This document shows positions 1 to 13,851 of a stretch of DNA of 64,000 nt, piece by piece. Within the stretch, counting starts at the first letter, position 1, and each line of letters begins with the position of its first letter. The stretch lies in contig CM052817.1 of the NCBI GenBank assembly GCA_028534125.1, positions 107,324,001 to 107,388,000 on the forward strand. Direction: 5' to 3'. The DNA comes from Lama glama (taxonomy: Eukaryota). A program made the position numbers and the translations under genes. Under the pieces are notes generated by a model that did no database searches, was not told the DNA's origin, and saw only the letters and a list, made by a program, of their open reading frames with translations.

Positions 1-1204
1 TGTTCTTCCGGTTTGTCCGACAGGCAGCAACAGGGGCGCTTCCCTAGCAGAGCTAACATTACAAGCTTCTCGTGTAAGTTCATTGCCAGGAAATTAAGAG
101 AGTAAGCCTCCCTGCTGCTCTGAGCGCTCCAGGGCCACACAGACTAGGGAAGCTGCCTGGGCGCCAGCCGAACTCAAGTTATGAGAAGAGAAAGCTGGAA
201 CTGAGAGGCGGGAAAGGATGTGCGGCCTGAATCAGCAGACTCGTTCCTCTGAGTCAGTTCCTCGTGACGCGGTGAGGGCTGTCACCCAGGGACAGGACCC
301 GGGGGGAGGGCCAGGGCTGCGGCCGCTCAGGCCCATCGCCCAGCGGCCACGGGACCCGGAGCCTCGGTCTTCTCGGCTGATGACGACACTCACTCCCCAA
401 TCTTAGAAGGTCGTTCAAGATGTTCGCTGTGAGCCTGCGAGAGTCCCCCCGAGACACTGGACGGCTGAGACGGGTTTCCGTTTTCCGACCCCCATCCAAA
501 AGCACGCACTGCCCTGTCTGAGCTGCTGCGCTCACGGGCGACGACCCTGTATGCACACGACGTGCGGCCAAAACAAGTAACTCCGGCCACAGCGACATCG
601 GGCAAGTCACCTTTCTCCCCAGAGAGTCAAGCACCTCCCCACCCGCACACCACCAGCTCTCTGGACGCTCCAGGCAACCAAGCTTCTGAAACAGACCACG
701 GCAGACTCCCCTGGGAACCACAAACGCTAGAACAAATGAGGGCAACAGAGAGAAAACTAAACCTATGAAACAATTAGTTGTCAAACTGACAGAGGGCACC
801 CTTCCTTCCCCCGACAAGCTCCTTTGCCCCCTCCTGTGTCGCCTCCATCACACCAGCTGCCCCTCCTGAAGTACCTGCCACCTGACTCTCCAGGTCAGGT
901 CCTCAAGGTCCTTCTGGACGCACACCCAGGGCCGCCTGTCCTTGAACACTGCCCGCGAGGACTCGTTCTCAGAAGATGTTCCAACATCTCTAACAGGTGG
1001 ACAGACTCCACGCACAGTGCCCCACGGGGAGGCTCAGCACCTCTCCCTCAGCTGCTGCCACCCCTGCCCTCGGCTGCCCCTCAGGACGTTGTCCCCATGT
1101 CACCCCCAGGGAGACCGGTCACGGTGTGGGGCGGATCAGCTGCTGGCCACGCACATTCCCCTAAAAGGACACACGTGCTCACTCAAAGTCGCCCTGAATC
1201 GCAT

Positions 1205-1435
1205 TTTTTAATTAAATTTTTTTTTCATTTTTTAATTGAAGTACAGTCAGTTTACAGTGTTGTGTCAGTCTCTGGTGTTCAGCATCATGTCCCAGTCACA
1301 CATGAACATATACATATTCCTTTTCAGATTCTTTTCCATTATATGTTATTACAAGATACTGATACAGTTCCCTGTGCTGTACAAGAGGTCCTTGTTTATG
1401 TATTTTATACACAGTAGTTGGTATCTGCAAATCTC
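1205..1435 (-). mobile_element. L1 3' end fragment
   Basis: T-rich tail followed by AATTGAAGTACAGTCAGTTTACAGTGTTGTG...TTCCCTGTGCTGTACA, the reverse complement of an artiodactyl L1 3' UTR seen repeatedly in this window. Confidence 0.8.
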
Positions 1436-2189
1436 GGTATTTTGTGCATTTCTGTAAAACATCACGTTCAGTCTTCCACACTTTAGCTGCTACGGTGAAG
1501 TGCTAACCTCGCCCCGCCACACACGCCAGGGGGCAGGACGTCTGTTACCGACTCCTAAACTGCGAGGCACTTTCTGGGGACGTGCACACCGCGTCTTTTA
1601 CCTTTCCTGCGTGTTCCTTGTGTAGGTGAGCTACCACGGAGCAGAGGAGGCACTGAGGCAACGGCTCTGAAGTTCAAAGTAACCTCTTTCCTGCCGTATT
1701 CCCTCAGGCTGCCGCAAGAACGGCGGTGCACCTGGGTTCCGGAAATAGTCACCCTCGGAGACGGCAAAACCTCATTACACTATGGCTCAAGGTGGCATAG
1801 ATTTGGGTGCTCTTTTGAAAAATAATTGCACATTTAAAAATCTGACTGTATTTAGCCCAAAGCATGAGGTAACGCTAACCTTTGTATTAGTTCTTAAAGA
1901 TTTCAGTTGCAGTCCATCCGGAAGAACTGTTGCGAATGTTGCCTTCAGGACAGAATCACAGAATTTCCACAAAACAAAACGAAGAACACAGTTCTTAGGG
2001 AGGAGTTTTTCTCGGCAGAGAGCTTTTTCGTATTCACGACAGCACTCCTGTTAATGGAGCTACATTCAGGTACATTAGTAACTTCCACAGAATTACAAAT
2101 ACGAGTGGACCCAAGAACTTGATCTTTATAACTAGTACCATCTAACAGTATTTTCAAATTATTCCCTAGAAATCCAAAGGGAGCAATGA

Positions 2190-2390
2190 AACACCGTCCA
2201 ACAGAAATGTACTGTGAGCTACATGTGTAATTTAAAATGTTCTAGTACTCACATTTAAAAAAGCAAAAAAGAAACAGACAGAGTGAATTTAATAATTCAC
2301 ACAGTCTTTGAAATCCAGGGTGAGTTTTATATGCAGAGAACACCGCTCACACCAGCCCCGCATGGCTGGTGGCCACCGAATCAGGCAGCG
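2190..2390 (+). mobile_element. MER33-like hAT-Charlie DNA transposon, internally deleted
   Basis: GTCCAACAGAAATGTACTGTGAGCTACATGTGTAATTTAAAATGTTCTAGTACTCACATTTAAAAAAG and the terminal CATGGCTGGTGGCCACCG resemble the recalled MER33 consensus. Confidence 0.65.
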
Positions 2391-3038
2391 CCCGCAGCCC
2401 CGGGAAACTCTGAAGAACTACGTTTGCCTCCCCTCCACCTCCAGACCGTGAGAAAGACACCCAGCTCCGTCTAGGCCAGTGGGAGCAGTATTTGGAGGTG
2501 ACCAGAGCGAAACCTCTGAGAGCCCGAGAGGAAGCGGTCACCTCCCAAAGCCACACAGAGAGACCCAAGAGGGCTCACTACTTCTTTCTGTCAACTGCAC
2601 GCGGTCGCCAACCTCTGATGCTGCAGTAATGACAGTCACATGACAAGGGAACCGAAAACTGAAGGACTGTGGCCACCAAGGGAGAACAGAGAACACTCCG
2701 GACGTGTGAGCTCACTCCACTCTCTGCAGAAGAAAGAGCATCTCGTGACTCTTAGTCAACACTGGGGGCAACTCTCCCGCGCCTCCCAAATCTAATCCGT
2801 CAACAAACCTTGCTGGTTCTTGCCCCAGGGCCTCCCCACGGGGCAAAGGAGGTGGGGCTTGTAAACCAAAGCAGCCCCTCCCTCTGTGCCATCAGGATCC
2901 CAGCCACTCATCTGTTACTTTGCCTCTTTGCACCTGGGCTTTCGAGATTCCTGATCACAGGTCCCGCTGGGAATCCCCGAGAACGTGCACACGGCCGCAT
3001 ACATGGACGCTGAACCACCTATGCTGCTCTCGGGGCCT

Positions 3039-3078
3039 TGAGTCTCGGCATCTCTGAGTCTCGGCATCTCTGAGTCTC
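3039..3078 (+). repeat. 16-bp tandem repeat (TGAGTCTCGGCATCTC x ~2.5)
   Basis: Directly visible duplication. Confidence 0.85.
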
Positions 3079-3504
3079 AGAGCCCTGCGGCTGTGAATGC
3101 TGACCATGACCATGAGGCTCCCGCCCTCTCCAGCAGCGGTTTTCCAGGACGCCTCAGACCACAGCCCTGCCACACAGCCGTCCCACCCTCTCCAGCCTGC
3201 CCTGACTTCCTCAGCTTCCAGTGCCCTTCCCATGAAACTGTCGGGTCTTACTTCTCACCTCTCAAGCCCCACGAGCCCTTGCTCTGACTCCTCACCTCAT
3301 CAGTCCTTTGGCCGGAACGACCTCAGAACTAGTCCTGGGACCAGGTGCCGATCCTGGGCTGCCTGCGGATGCTGCCCCATCACCTGGTCCTGTGCTCCAC
3401 ACGGTCGCTATGGAAACTGGTTAAGGAGCCACCGCTTTCAGGGGAGACACAGGGCTCGGCTCCTGCCAGGCTCTGGCCACAAGATTTCATACAGTGATGA
3501 GTCC

Positions 3505-4010
3505 TTAATCTTGTTTTATGCGTGTTTCTGTTTAAAGACCCTCTATTTAATATGTACTGTTGCTTCATGATCACTGAAATCACAGCCAACAGCACCAGAA
3601 CTCACCCCAACAAAGCTCATCAAATGTGCATTTTCTCCGCAGGGCACATCACATTCTTTTTGTCTTAGGAAGACTAGACGGCACTTCAGCACTAAGCTCG
3701 GGGGCCATTTCAAACAGCAAAACCACTAACAAGAAGCACAGAAATGCAAAGGAAAAACAACACCTCCACACTAAACGGACTGTAAAACAGACTCCTGTCT
3801 GCGTAGGAGGGCTGCAACCAGCAGGGGCGGCCACCCCGTCTGACCTCTGCCGCGAAGGCGCACTAGGGAGCCCGCAGGGTTTTGCCCACCTGCCCACGGC
3901 CCTGAATGGCCGTGAACACGGCGCAAGTGTTGACCTGAAGGTCACGCACTGACTTCGGTGGGCAGGCAAACCTGCAAACGGGGAACCCGCGGGTGATGCG
4001 GGTTGACTGG
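3505..4010 (+). mobile_element. MER82-like TcMar-Tigger DNA transposon
   Basis: TTTTCTCCGCAGGGCACATCAC...CACTTCAGCACTAAGCTCGGGGGCCATTTCAAACAGCAAAACCACTAACAAG and the end ...GCGGGTTGACTG match the recalled MER82 consensus. Confidence 0.75.
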
Positions 4011-7009
4011 ACCAGTACCTGAGACGGTTTCTGTGACCGTTTACTCGACCGTGAGCTCCAGAAAAGCAGACCATGTCGTAGTCCTCCCTGCGCCCCCACA
4101 AAGCAGCTCAGTGCTGGGCGAGCGGAAGGCACTGCAGGAATGTCTGTCACCCAGAGCCTTACCCACATGGCCTGTGCCTCCTTCCACGGGGAAAGGTTTG
4201 CTTCCTCCAGGGGAAGAAAGAGACCAGAAGACCCCGCTGCCTGGGTCCCCGTGTCTGTCACCTGCTCAGGGACACGGCTCCATCAGATGCCCACCCCCCC
4301 GGCCCAAAACACACCTTATACCACTTACAACCCGTCTCTCTACACAGGTCTGTCCGGGTCGATGACAGACTCACACAGCCCTCCTGTGTCACTCCACACA
4401 ATGCGGACAGCATGCGGGAGAGGGAACACCTGGGGCACATTGAGGTCCCTGCCGGCAGCCATGCTCTGTGAGCCCGTGGGAAGTGGTGACGCCCCAAAGG
4501 AGGATTTCCTGCATCTTAACCATCGCTGGTGTAACTGGTAAAGCTCCTAGTATCACCAGAACCCCAGTGCAGAGACTTCTTTAGGCCTCTCCATGCAGAA
4601 GAAAACAGCTAAAGCCCAGAGTATCGGCGGACGCTGAAAATAAAAATGAAGTTAGAAAGGAGGCTGGAGGCATTGCAGCCCAACGTGTCTCGGAGCAACC
4701 ACAGTCCTACCAGAAAGTCCATGTTTGCATCTGCTGCCGCCCCCCAACACTCAGCCCCCGCCTCTCCACGCCACTGAGCCAGGTTTTCTGAAAACTGGGG
4801 AACACATTCTAATCAGGGTAATTTGGGTTTTATTTTTAGAAAATCATTTGCAGAGAAGATGAAAGGACAACAAGAATAAACAAAATCATGAGCTCAAACA
4901 GCAAATTGACTTAAATATATATAGTACATATATAGTATATTATTTATACCAACATAAATATAAATATATATATATATTTAGTATCTAACTCTCCAAACGG
5001 GAAGATTAAAAAGCCTAAGAAAGTCCTGAATGGAAAAAAAAGTCCACCTGAAACCTGCAGGAACCCACCGGCTTAGACCCCGGTCACTAACGACGTTCAC
5101 CAGGGGCTCCGGCAAGACCCCGCCTCTACCTCTCTGCACAGGGTTCGCTCCCCTCGCGCGCTAGGACAGAAAAGTGTGGAACACACCTACGTGAACGGAA
5201 CTGCCCCAGGGCAGGGACGTGCCATTCATTCCCTGCTCTAACAGCTCACTGTGCCTAGAACATGGAGACGCCCAGCAGATGCTTCTGAATGCGGCTGTAC
5301 TGCGCGGGGTCCCTGAGTTCACGCGTAAGTCTGCTTTTCTAGCTCAGAACACACATCAGAAGCATTGTGACAGAGGCGGCCAGAGTACCTGGCTGTCCCA
5401 AAAACCCAGGTTAGCCTATAACAGAGCCATTAGTCTAACAAATAAACGGACCAGCTGTTCCTCCTAACAGTAACATCTTTAACGTCTTGACCAAGTGAGA
5501 ATGACTTCCAGGTGGGAAGAGCCTGCCATGCCACACACACACACACCCTCAAGCCTGCTCCTTCCGAGCCTCCGCGGGCGGGGTGGGGGGTGTGGCGGGA
5601 AACTGGGCAGAGTCCGGCAGACGAAGAGCAGCTGCTGCAGGACGGCACCGCAAAAGCACAGGGACCTGTAGGAGCAGAGCTGCATCTGGGTGAACGCGTC
5701 CCCGGGGGCAGCACGCCTGCCTGAGCAGAGGGGCTCAGCCAGGTGTGGAGACACACGCCCCCACCTCCTCTGACTCTGCAGAGACCAAGAGCCAGGGACA
5801 GGGTGGCCTGGGGACCGGGAAGGGCCTGGGAAGCCTGGGCAGAGTGCCCGTGCCCTCGGCCCTTACTCTCAGGAGCACTGGGAACCGCCCCTCATGCCCT
5901 GCCCAGGAAGGCCCACTGGCAAAACGCTCGGAAATTGTTCATCCGTTTCCCTGGATGCCTGTCACAATCAGAGGTCACCACGCTCTCACTGTCTCATCTA
6001 ACAGGGACGTTCTTTCCACCCACAGGTACAAAGACTGAGACGGAGAGCAATTTGCCCCAAACCACAGAGCTAATCGTGATAAGGGGTGGGACATGCGCAC
6101 ACGCACGCGCACACACATGCACATGTGTGCGCGCACACACCCCTAATGCTATGCGTCCTGCCTTGCTTTCTTCAGAAGGAGACGAGGCTCCACATATAAA
6201 CAGTCATGAGCACACATTCGGCAGCTCTACTGGGAAGTGCCTGGAGTGGCGCTGCCCGCAGTCTGTGCCCACCGAACTGTGCCCATACCACTGTCTCCTC
6301 GGGGCAGCGCAGATGGAGGGCGCAGGGGCAAGCTCAGACACAGGACCTGTGCCAAATTACACTGCCGTGGGGGTCCAACCTGCAGCCAGTCCACAGCAGT
6401 CCACTGCCGGCCTCACTCCCCAAGTGCGCCAGGCCTCGATGGCTTTGACCAAAGGGCTCAGAGCAGCGCAGCCAGCCCCTCCCCACCCCCGCCCCAGGAG
6501 AGGCAGCGCTCTCCGAGGGCAGCCTGCCCCTGGGCGGCCAGAACCAGCAATCACCCCCAGGGCAGAAACACTTCTCATCCTTCCTGGCCAGAGACGACTC
6601 TACCCTCACAGAAGACTTTCCTTCATGCCATTTCTGTTCTTCACCACAGACGGAGCACGCAAGGGGAGAACACCAGAGCTTCTCCGGCTGCATCGTGGCC
6701 AACAGAGGCGGGTGCCGGGACAGCCTGGGAGCACATGCCCAGAGCGGGGGCGGTGGCCGTGACTGCCCCCGGCGTCAGTGCTGACCAGCTGCTCCTCCAG
6801 AGTCCAGCCAGCTCTCCGTGGGGCCCTCTGTGACCTTTCCTTGGAGAACACGGCACCGTCCCAGGGGCCCGTCTGTGTGCACCGCCCCTCCTCCCAGGCA
6901 GCGCACGTTACAGCCTCAAACCTCCCACAAAGGACCCCAGGCTGAACCAGGAGACGGTCTTTTCCTTCATCTCCCTTCTCACCAAAAGCCCAAATAAAAG
7001 CTTAAAAGG

Positions 7010-7645
7010 AACCTATATGATCCAGCAATCCCACTCCTGGGCATATATCAGAGAAAACTCTAATTCAAAAAGAAACATGTACCCGAGTGTTCACAGAAGC
7101 ACTGTTTACAATAGCCAAGACATGGAAACAACCTAAATGTCAACTGACAGAAGAGTGGATAAAGAAGTTGTGGTGTATTTATACAACGGAATACTACTCA
7201 GCCATAAAAATAATAAAATAACGCCATTTGCAGCAACATAGATGAACCTATGGATCATCATTCTAAGTGAAGTAAGTCAGACAGAGAAAGACAAATATCA
7301 AATAATATCACCTGTATGTGGAATCAAAAAAAAAGACACAAATGAACTTATTTATAAAACAGAAACAGACTTGCACAGAAAACAAACTTACAGTTAACTG
7401 AGTGGGAAAGGAGCGGGAAGACATAAATTGGGAGTTCAGGAATTGCAGATACTAACTGCTATATATAAAACAGATAAACAACAAGCTTTTTCTGTACAGC
7501 ACAGGGAACTATATTCCATACCTTGTAGTAACCTAGAATGAAAAAGAGTATGAACAGGAATACATGCGTGTATATGTATGACTGAAACAGGACGCCGTCC
7601 ACCAGAAATAGACACATTGTAAACTCACTATACTCCAAATAAAAA
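7010..7645 (+). mobile_element. L1 3' fragment (end of ORF2 plus 3' UTR)
   Basis: TATGATCCAGCAATCCCACTCCTGGGCATATA...ATAGCCAAGACATGGAAACAACCTAAATGTC...GGAATACTACTCAGCCATAAAAA are canonical L1 3' motifs. Confidence 0.9.
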
Positions 7646-10600
7646 GGACGCCAAAACAAGCCAAAAAGGTCTTCACATGGGGAAAGGAAAGCTGAGGTTA
7701 GACACTAAGCTTACGGCCTGAGCTAACCGGCCCTCTGATCAACGTGCCAGGCGCCGGGTCCCCTGTGAACACACGGACATGGCGTGTCACCTGACCTAGT
7801 GGGCCTGGGCAGAGTCAGGCACAGGTGGTGACAGCCCAGCGGGATGGTGCCCACAGTGCAGTGATGAACAGGAGGTGGCAGGGCTGTCTGGTCCGCTGGG
7901 GGGCGGGTGCGACCAGCTGTCAGAGCACCTACCATGGACCACGCACTGTTCTAACTCCACGAGACCAGCCGGCCGACATCTCACAACCACACCACGAAGG
8001 GGCTGCTCTTATTCCCGCTGTACCAGCGGGAGCCCAGCAGCACAGCACAGAGAGGCCCAGGAAGGAGCAAGATCACACAGCCTCGAGCGATGCTGTCGTC
8101 TGGGACAGCTGGAGTCGGGCTCCAAGCCCCCACTGCGCCCACCCTCACAAGGCAGGAGTCTGCGGGTGAGAGGTGGGGGGAGGGGCTAGCTCCAGGCAAA
8201 GACATGTTTGGGAAGGGAAAGCTCAGAACTGTGTGAGGAAGCGAGACAGCTCATCTGAGGGTGCCGAGGTGGGGGCAGAGCCCAGAGAGAGCAGCCCTGC
8301 CCTGCCGCGTGCAGGAGCCTGGACCGGAGTCTGAGGGGCTCCGAGCATCTCAGTGCCAGGAAGGCGCACAGATCTCGTAAAAACAGTGCAAGTGTTCACA
8401 ACGCACAGCAGAACAGGTTTACGATCATTAAAAAATATAGAATGCATTTTGGCTGCAAAGTCACAACAATTTTCCACAAGTGCAAGACAAGGGGAGCGGC
8501 CACATCTGTAGGACTGGAAACCAGTCGAGGCCTGATGCAGCAACTGTGGTCTGCGTTTCCGACCCGCTCCACCCGTGCAGGCCACCAGCGCCTTGGCGGG
8601 GAGCCTGCTTCCTGTTCTAGGAGACAAACACACCTACTTAGGACAGAAAATCCACGTCGATGTGAACAGCTGCAGTCCAGTCTGTCTTATCAACGAAGTT
8701 TTCTCTGAAACACTGGCCTCTAACCCAGGGGCACATGTGACCCATGTGCACCTGTCTCAGCACGCTGTTCAGAAAAGAAAACTGCAGGGGAAATTGGTTT
8801 ATGCAGCAACGTGGTTCCCAACTTCAGCATCCTAAACCTCCAGCTTGGCTTGATTCTACTTTGAAACCATCACCACTACATTTCACAGACGAAACGGATC
8901 TTCTCCGGCCTTTCCCAAGGAAAAGAGGAGATTTAATTAAGAGGACCTGGGCTGACTGCACTCATCGGAGACGGGCAGATTCCTAACTGTCCCGACAGAT
9001 CTAAGCACCAGACCCTCCAGCCCCAGATTTCCGGGAGATGGGAGCTCCACCTGGAGTCACAAGTGCGTCTGTCTCAGACGTACAAGTCAGGTCACAGACT
9101 CGGGGGTTAAAAGAGGACCTAGGGCTTTGAGAAGCAATACTCAGAAAGTTGTGTCTCCTACCCCGACTCCCTCCTAGGAGATTACCTCATCTGAGCTGAT
9201 TAAAGCGGCAAATTAAGGGCACAGCATCATGCAGAGGAAATCACAGAAGGTCAGAAGGAGAAGGAAACCCCAGGAGATCAAGACTGCAATACGTCTGATG
9301 CCAGTCACTTTATCACCGCTTTTCCAGGAAAAAGGGACCAAGACTGTCACAGAACAAAGGTTGCAGAGGGTGACTATCGGAGCCTCTTCCCAAACCAAGC
9401 TGTGTTCACTGGGAAATAAAAACCACTGTCAACCTCACTGCCATTTGAAGACAGCCGCAATTTATGGGGGAAATAAACAGTCTCAAGCCCTAGTTGGCCC
9501 ACTTATTTCAAAACTGACGTCTGCAAAACTCAAATGGGAGAAACAAACGTCTGGCAGCCCCTGGAAGCTGCAAGCGTCTAGGACTGATGCACCAGTAAAC
9601 TTGGGCAGTTTGTGTCTTTAAAGGACGGCCATGAGAAATCAAACAAGCACTCCTCCATTCACCCGCATCTCCCCTGCCGTCAACGCTTGTACTGTGGGAA
9701 CCGCGCTGGCACACGGGTATCTGGTCCCTTGTCTGTAGGAGGATGGAACGGCGTGAAGCCAGTACAATGTTTATCGTGGACGGAGAGCTGGATTAGGGCC
9801 AGAACACAGAAGACGGGATAAACAAACACTTCTCTGGAAGGAGGAGTAGAAAAAGGGTGGTCTTTTCAGTGGCAGGGGGTGAAGAGTGGACTCAGTGTTT
9901 TCGTGGCTGATCTGAGGGACGGCCCGGCCAGGGTCAAGACCATGTTGCCAATGGCATGAAAATGCCCAACTAAAGGGTACACACAGGCAGCTCATTCAGG
10001 GGTCTCTGAACAAACAGACAAGCAAGTGGGCAAAGGGGTGGTCCATTTAGGGAAGGTTGATGTTCAAGTTCTTCTGAGGAAACAAAGCTCTCAGAGGACT
10101 CTGTTCTTGAACAGAGTAGAATGGAATAGGATAGAACAGGACAGAATATTAATATTTAGCAGAATACTCCATTTCTTGGCAGTGAACCTCAGAAATCTAA
10201 ACTAGAAGCAATATAGAAAAAGATAAAATATCCATAGAGAAGGGGCTCTAAGGCGTAAAAAAACTTGACTCTGCAACTGAAAAGAACAAAAAAGGGGTAA
10301 ACACAGGCAGAGGCACGGACAGGACACACACACGTACTGGTTAAATTCTGAAATGCAAGCACCAGGAGAGGTTCTTCAAGCTTTAGAGGCGAGTTTGGGC
10401 ACAAAGAGGAGCTTTATACAATGGCTGATAATTTATGTTCCTCTAAGGAGTGATACCAGCTGAACAAACAGCAGCTCAGATAAACATACTGAAAACTGGG
10501 AGCTCCCCAGCATCCTCAGTGCCAGGCTGGGTACCACGCAACAGACACATGGTGCTCCGTGTTCTCAAGGTGGAACCCGGTGGTTTCCAGATACTCAGAA

Positions 10601-10799
10601 CACCAGCCAGTGGAATGCTGTCAGTGACAACAAGACAAAACAAACAAAAAAACCCAAATCCAGTAAGTTCCGGAGTCAGAGGGCATGTTCATTTGGGGCA
10701 GTCAGCAAGACAATCAGAGGTGGCATCTGAACGGAGTCTGGATGAGCAAACAGAATTTTGACCAAAGTAATTTTGAGAAAGGAAATAGGAAAGAAAAAG

Positions 10800-11050
10800 T
10801 CTTGTACAGCATGGTGACTGTAGTTAATACTGTGCTACGTATTTGACAGTTGCTGAGAAAAGAGATCTTAAACATTCTCATGACGAGAAAAAATGTTTTG
10901 GTAACTGTGTCAAGTGATGGATGTTAACTGGGCATACCGAGGTGACTGTTTCACAACATATACAAATCATGAATCATGTTTTACAGCTGAAGCTAATACA
11001 ATGTTATATACCAATTATGGATCGAACTTTTTAACTACAAAAAACAAGAA
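10800..11050 (+). mobile_element. Old L1M 3' UTR fragment
   Basis: TGTACAGCATGGTGACTGTAGTTAATAC...GATGGATGTTAACT...TACAATGTTATAT. Confidence 0.7.
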
Positions 11051-11299
11051 ACAAAAAGTCTTAAGAGCAAGATATGGACTTTCTGGGCCCGCTGGCCTAA
11101 CATGTCCCCAACCACCACTGCCCCACGAACAGCATTACTGGAGTGTCCAACTCACCTCCAACGTGGCCTCTGCAAAAACAAACGCCCGTACTTGCCTTTA
11201 CAAAGTCACTTCCCCTTGTGACAGCCCTATTTCCACTAATTCTGCTACCATTCTCCCAGGTGACTCAGCCCCAAACCCTGGGCACTGTTTCACATAATG

Positions 11300-11685
11300 C
11301 TTTTTCAAAAAAATTTTTTATTGAAGTGTAGTCGATTTGTGATGTTAGTTTCAGGTGTACAGCAAAGTGATTCAGTTACACACATACATACATATATATT
11401 TTTTATTTTCAGATTCTTTTCCATTATATGTTATTACAAGAAATAGATGTAGTTCCCTGTGCTATACAGGAGGTCCTTATTATCTATTTTATATACAGTC
11501 ATGTGTGGCTATTAATCTCCAACCCCTAATTCATCCCTCCCTGCCCCTTTCCCCTCTGGTAACCACAGTTTGTTTTCTAGGTCCGTGAATCTGTTTTTGG
11601 TTGGTAAATAGAATTTGTATCATTTTTTTTTAAGATTCCACATAGAACGATATCAGACAATATTTGCCTTCCTCTGTCTGATCAT
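11300..11685 (-). mobile_element. L1 3' end fragment
   Basis: TTTTATTGAAGTGTAGTCGATTT...TAAGATTCCACATA, the same family as the copy at 42637-43302. Confidence 0.85.
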
Positions 11686-13613
11686 ACACTGCTCCTTTTA
11701 AGGACTATTTACTCTGTCCCTCTCATGCCCCGTCTGGTCTCCGCTCTGAAACAGGCTCCACACACATTCCTCCACGCATCCGGGTCAGGTCCCCAAGGAA
11801 ACCACATCGGGGAAAGTCACGGAAGACAGATAAACCCATAATCGCTCGCTCAGCATCGAGGCCCCATCTCAGCCTCCAATCCCGGTCAGTGGGTCGGACC
11901 GAACCAACGCAGGTCAGGCCACCTTCTCTGCCCGCAAGGGCCATGGAGGAATTAATCTGCTGGTGACTCTTACTGAGAATGTCAGACAGAAAGAAAAGAG
12001 AAGAAAGATAGAAAAAGAAAAGTGAAGTCTGCTGCCCCCAGTGCTCGGGGCAGAGCTGGCCAAGGTCCCTGGTCCCAGACACTAGGGGGACGGGGAGAAA
12101 GGGTGAGTTTTCTGTGCAGCAGGTGCAACTGCAGGTGAACACACATGGGATTTGTTTTGGAGGAGAGCAGACACCTTGTCATTTCACCCTCAGGGATGGC
12201 TGCGTCCCTCCCCCCACACTAGCTCTGGGGTCCTGGGGTCCCGGCCCTGCACAGAGAGGTTTCTAGAACACAGGGAGATGGCGCAGGTCTAACACGTGAG
12301 GGCAAGGCTGTCTCCCCTGGAAGTGACCTACCAACTAGGGTCCGCCGACTGGACCACAGCAGCCCTGGCCCACGAGCGCTGATCTGGACTCAACTCTGGA
12401 AAGAGCCCCCCTGTTAAACAGCTGCTCCACAGCCAGCGGCCGTGAGACCCAAGCCCAGCGCACCTGGGCTGCGGGAGGAGGGCTGGCCCGGCGACAAGAG
12501 GTTACCACGTGTCTGGAGCTGCGCCTCCTGGGACCAGGCTGCCCGCAGCGACGTCCGCTGGAGGGGGCAGGGGTGCGGGTCATCCAACCAGGACCCCCAC
12601 GCGAGGGGCCGCAGGCGGCACTTCAGCCAGAGGAGCCCACAGGACAAAAGGAAGCTCCTTCTCCTTCTAGCTCTGGGACAAACGCCGCTCTCTCCTTTCC
12701 CCGGGGAAACGTCTTCCCTTTCTGTCTGTAAAAATCGACGAGTGCTCAGACACAAACTCCCCCGCCTGGCAGAGGTCTACACTTCAGGAAACTGGCTCTT
12801 CACAAATACTGGGGAATTCATCAGTACAAGAAACAGAACAGTTGGGAAACTACTCAGGGATGAAAAGGAGCTCCTGAGCCCAAAAAAGAGCACTCTCTGG
12901 ACTGGGGAGAGCACGGACAACGTGCAGGACCGTGGAGACACTCTGTGTGATGCTGTAAGGGTGGAGACCAGCATGGTACGCTTGTCCCGACTCTCACAGG
13001 GCACAGCAGCGAGCAGACCCGAAGGTCGACCCGCGGCTTTGTGACGGGGATGGGCGGGTGTCCATGTGTCCTCCATAAACAATGGACCGCTTTGCTGAGC
13101 GAGGCTGGAAGACCAGGGAGGCTCTGCATGGGTGGGGGCATGAGGCAGAGGGAAAATATGCACCCTGCTCTCAGCTCCACTGTGAACCTCAAACAGCTCT
13201 AAACAGATAAGGTCGTTATTTAAGGAGAGAGAGAAGACTGATCAAACTTGGTAGGTTTACCAAGTGTGGATTTTGCCATAGGCTTGGGGGTAACCATAAA
13301 GGTGGGAGCGTAACATTCCTGGCTTATATCAGTTTTTTCCTTCCCTATGGAGATAAGAGAAGTCTGGGGGTGGGAGGGGGGAAAACTAAGGAATGTCACA
13401 GATGGTAAAACTGCACCAGCCTGGCTCCCAGCACCCAAATGTCAGGTGTTTGCACTGAGCCAGCGCCTTGAGAGCGGGAAGCCCACCTTTTGATGAAGAC
13501 AAGCTCCTTGCCATGTCCCTACTGTCTTGGCTTCACCCAGAGATGGGATTAAAGCAGGGGAGGAGCTGGAGGGAAAGATGGACGACACTCAATCCTGAGG
13601 CAAGAGCTACCTT

Positions 13614-13851
13614 TGGGGGAGGGACGGATTGGAAGTTTGGGATTAGCAGAAACACACGACGGTATTTAAAATAGATCAACCACTAGGGCCTGCTGTACGG
13701 CGCAGGGAACTATACTGAACACCTTGTAACAGTCTATAATGAAGAAGAACATGAAAAGCAATATATATTTATATGACTGAATCACTATGCCTTAGCCAGA
13801 AACTAACACAACATCATAAATCAACTATACCTCAAAAAAAAGAAAAAAAAA
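13614..13851 (+). mobile_element. 5'-truncated L1 with TSD
   Basis: L1 3' UTR plus A-tail, flanked by AAGAGCT(A/G)CCTT at 13602-13613 and 13852-13863. Confidence 0.85.

Noticed and set aside
5743..6833. 339-aa and 198-aa plus-strand ORFs
   Set aside because: GC-rich intronic DNA including a CA/CG microsatellite; no recognisable protein motif; antisense to FNIP2.
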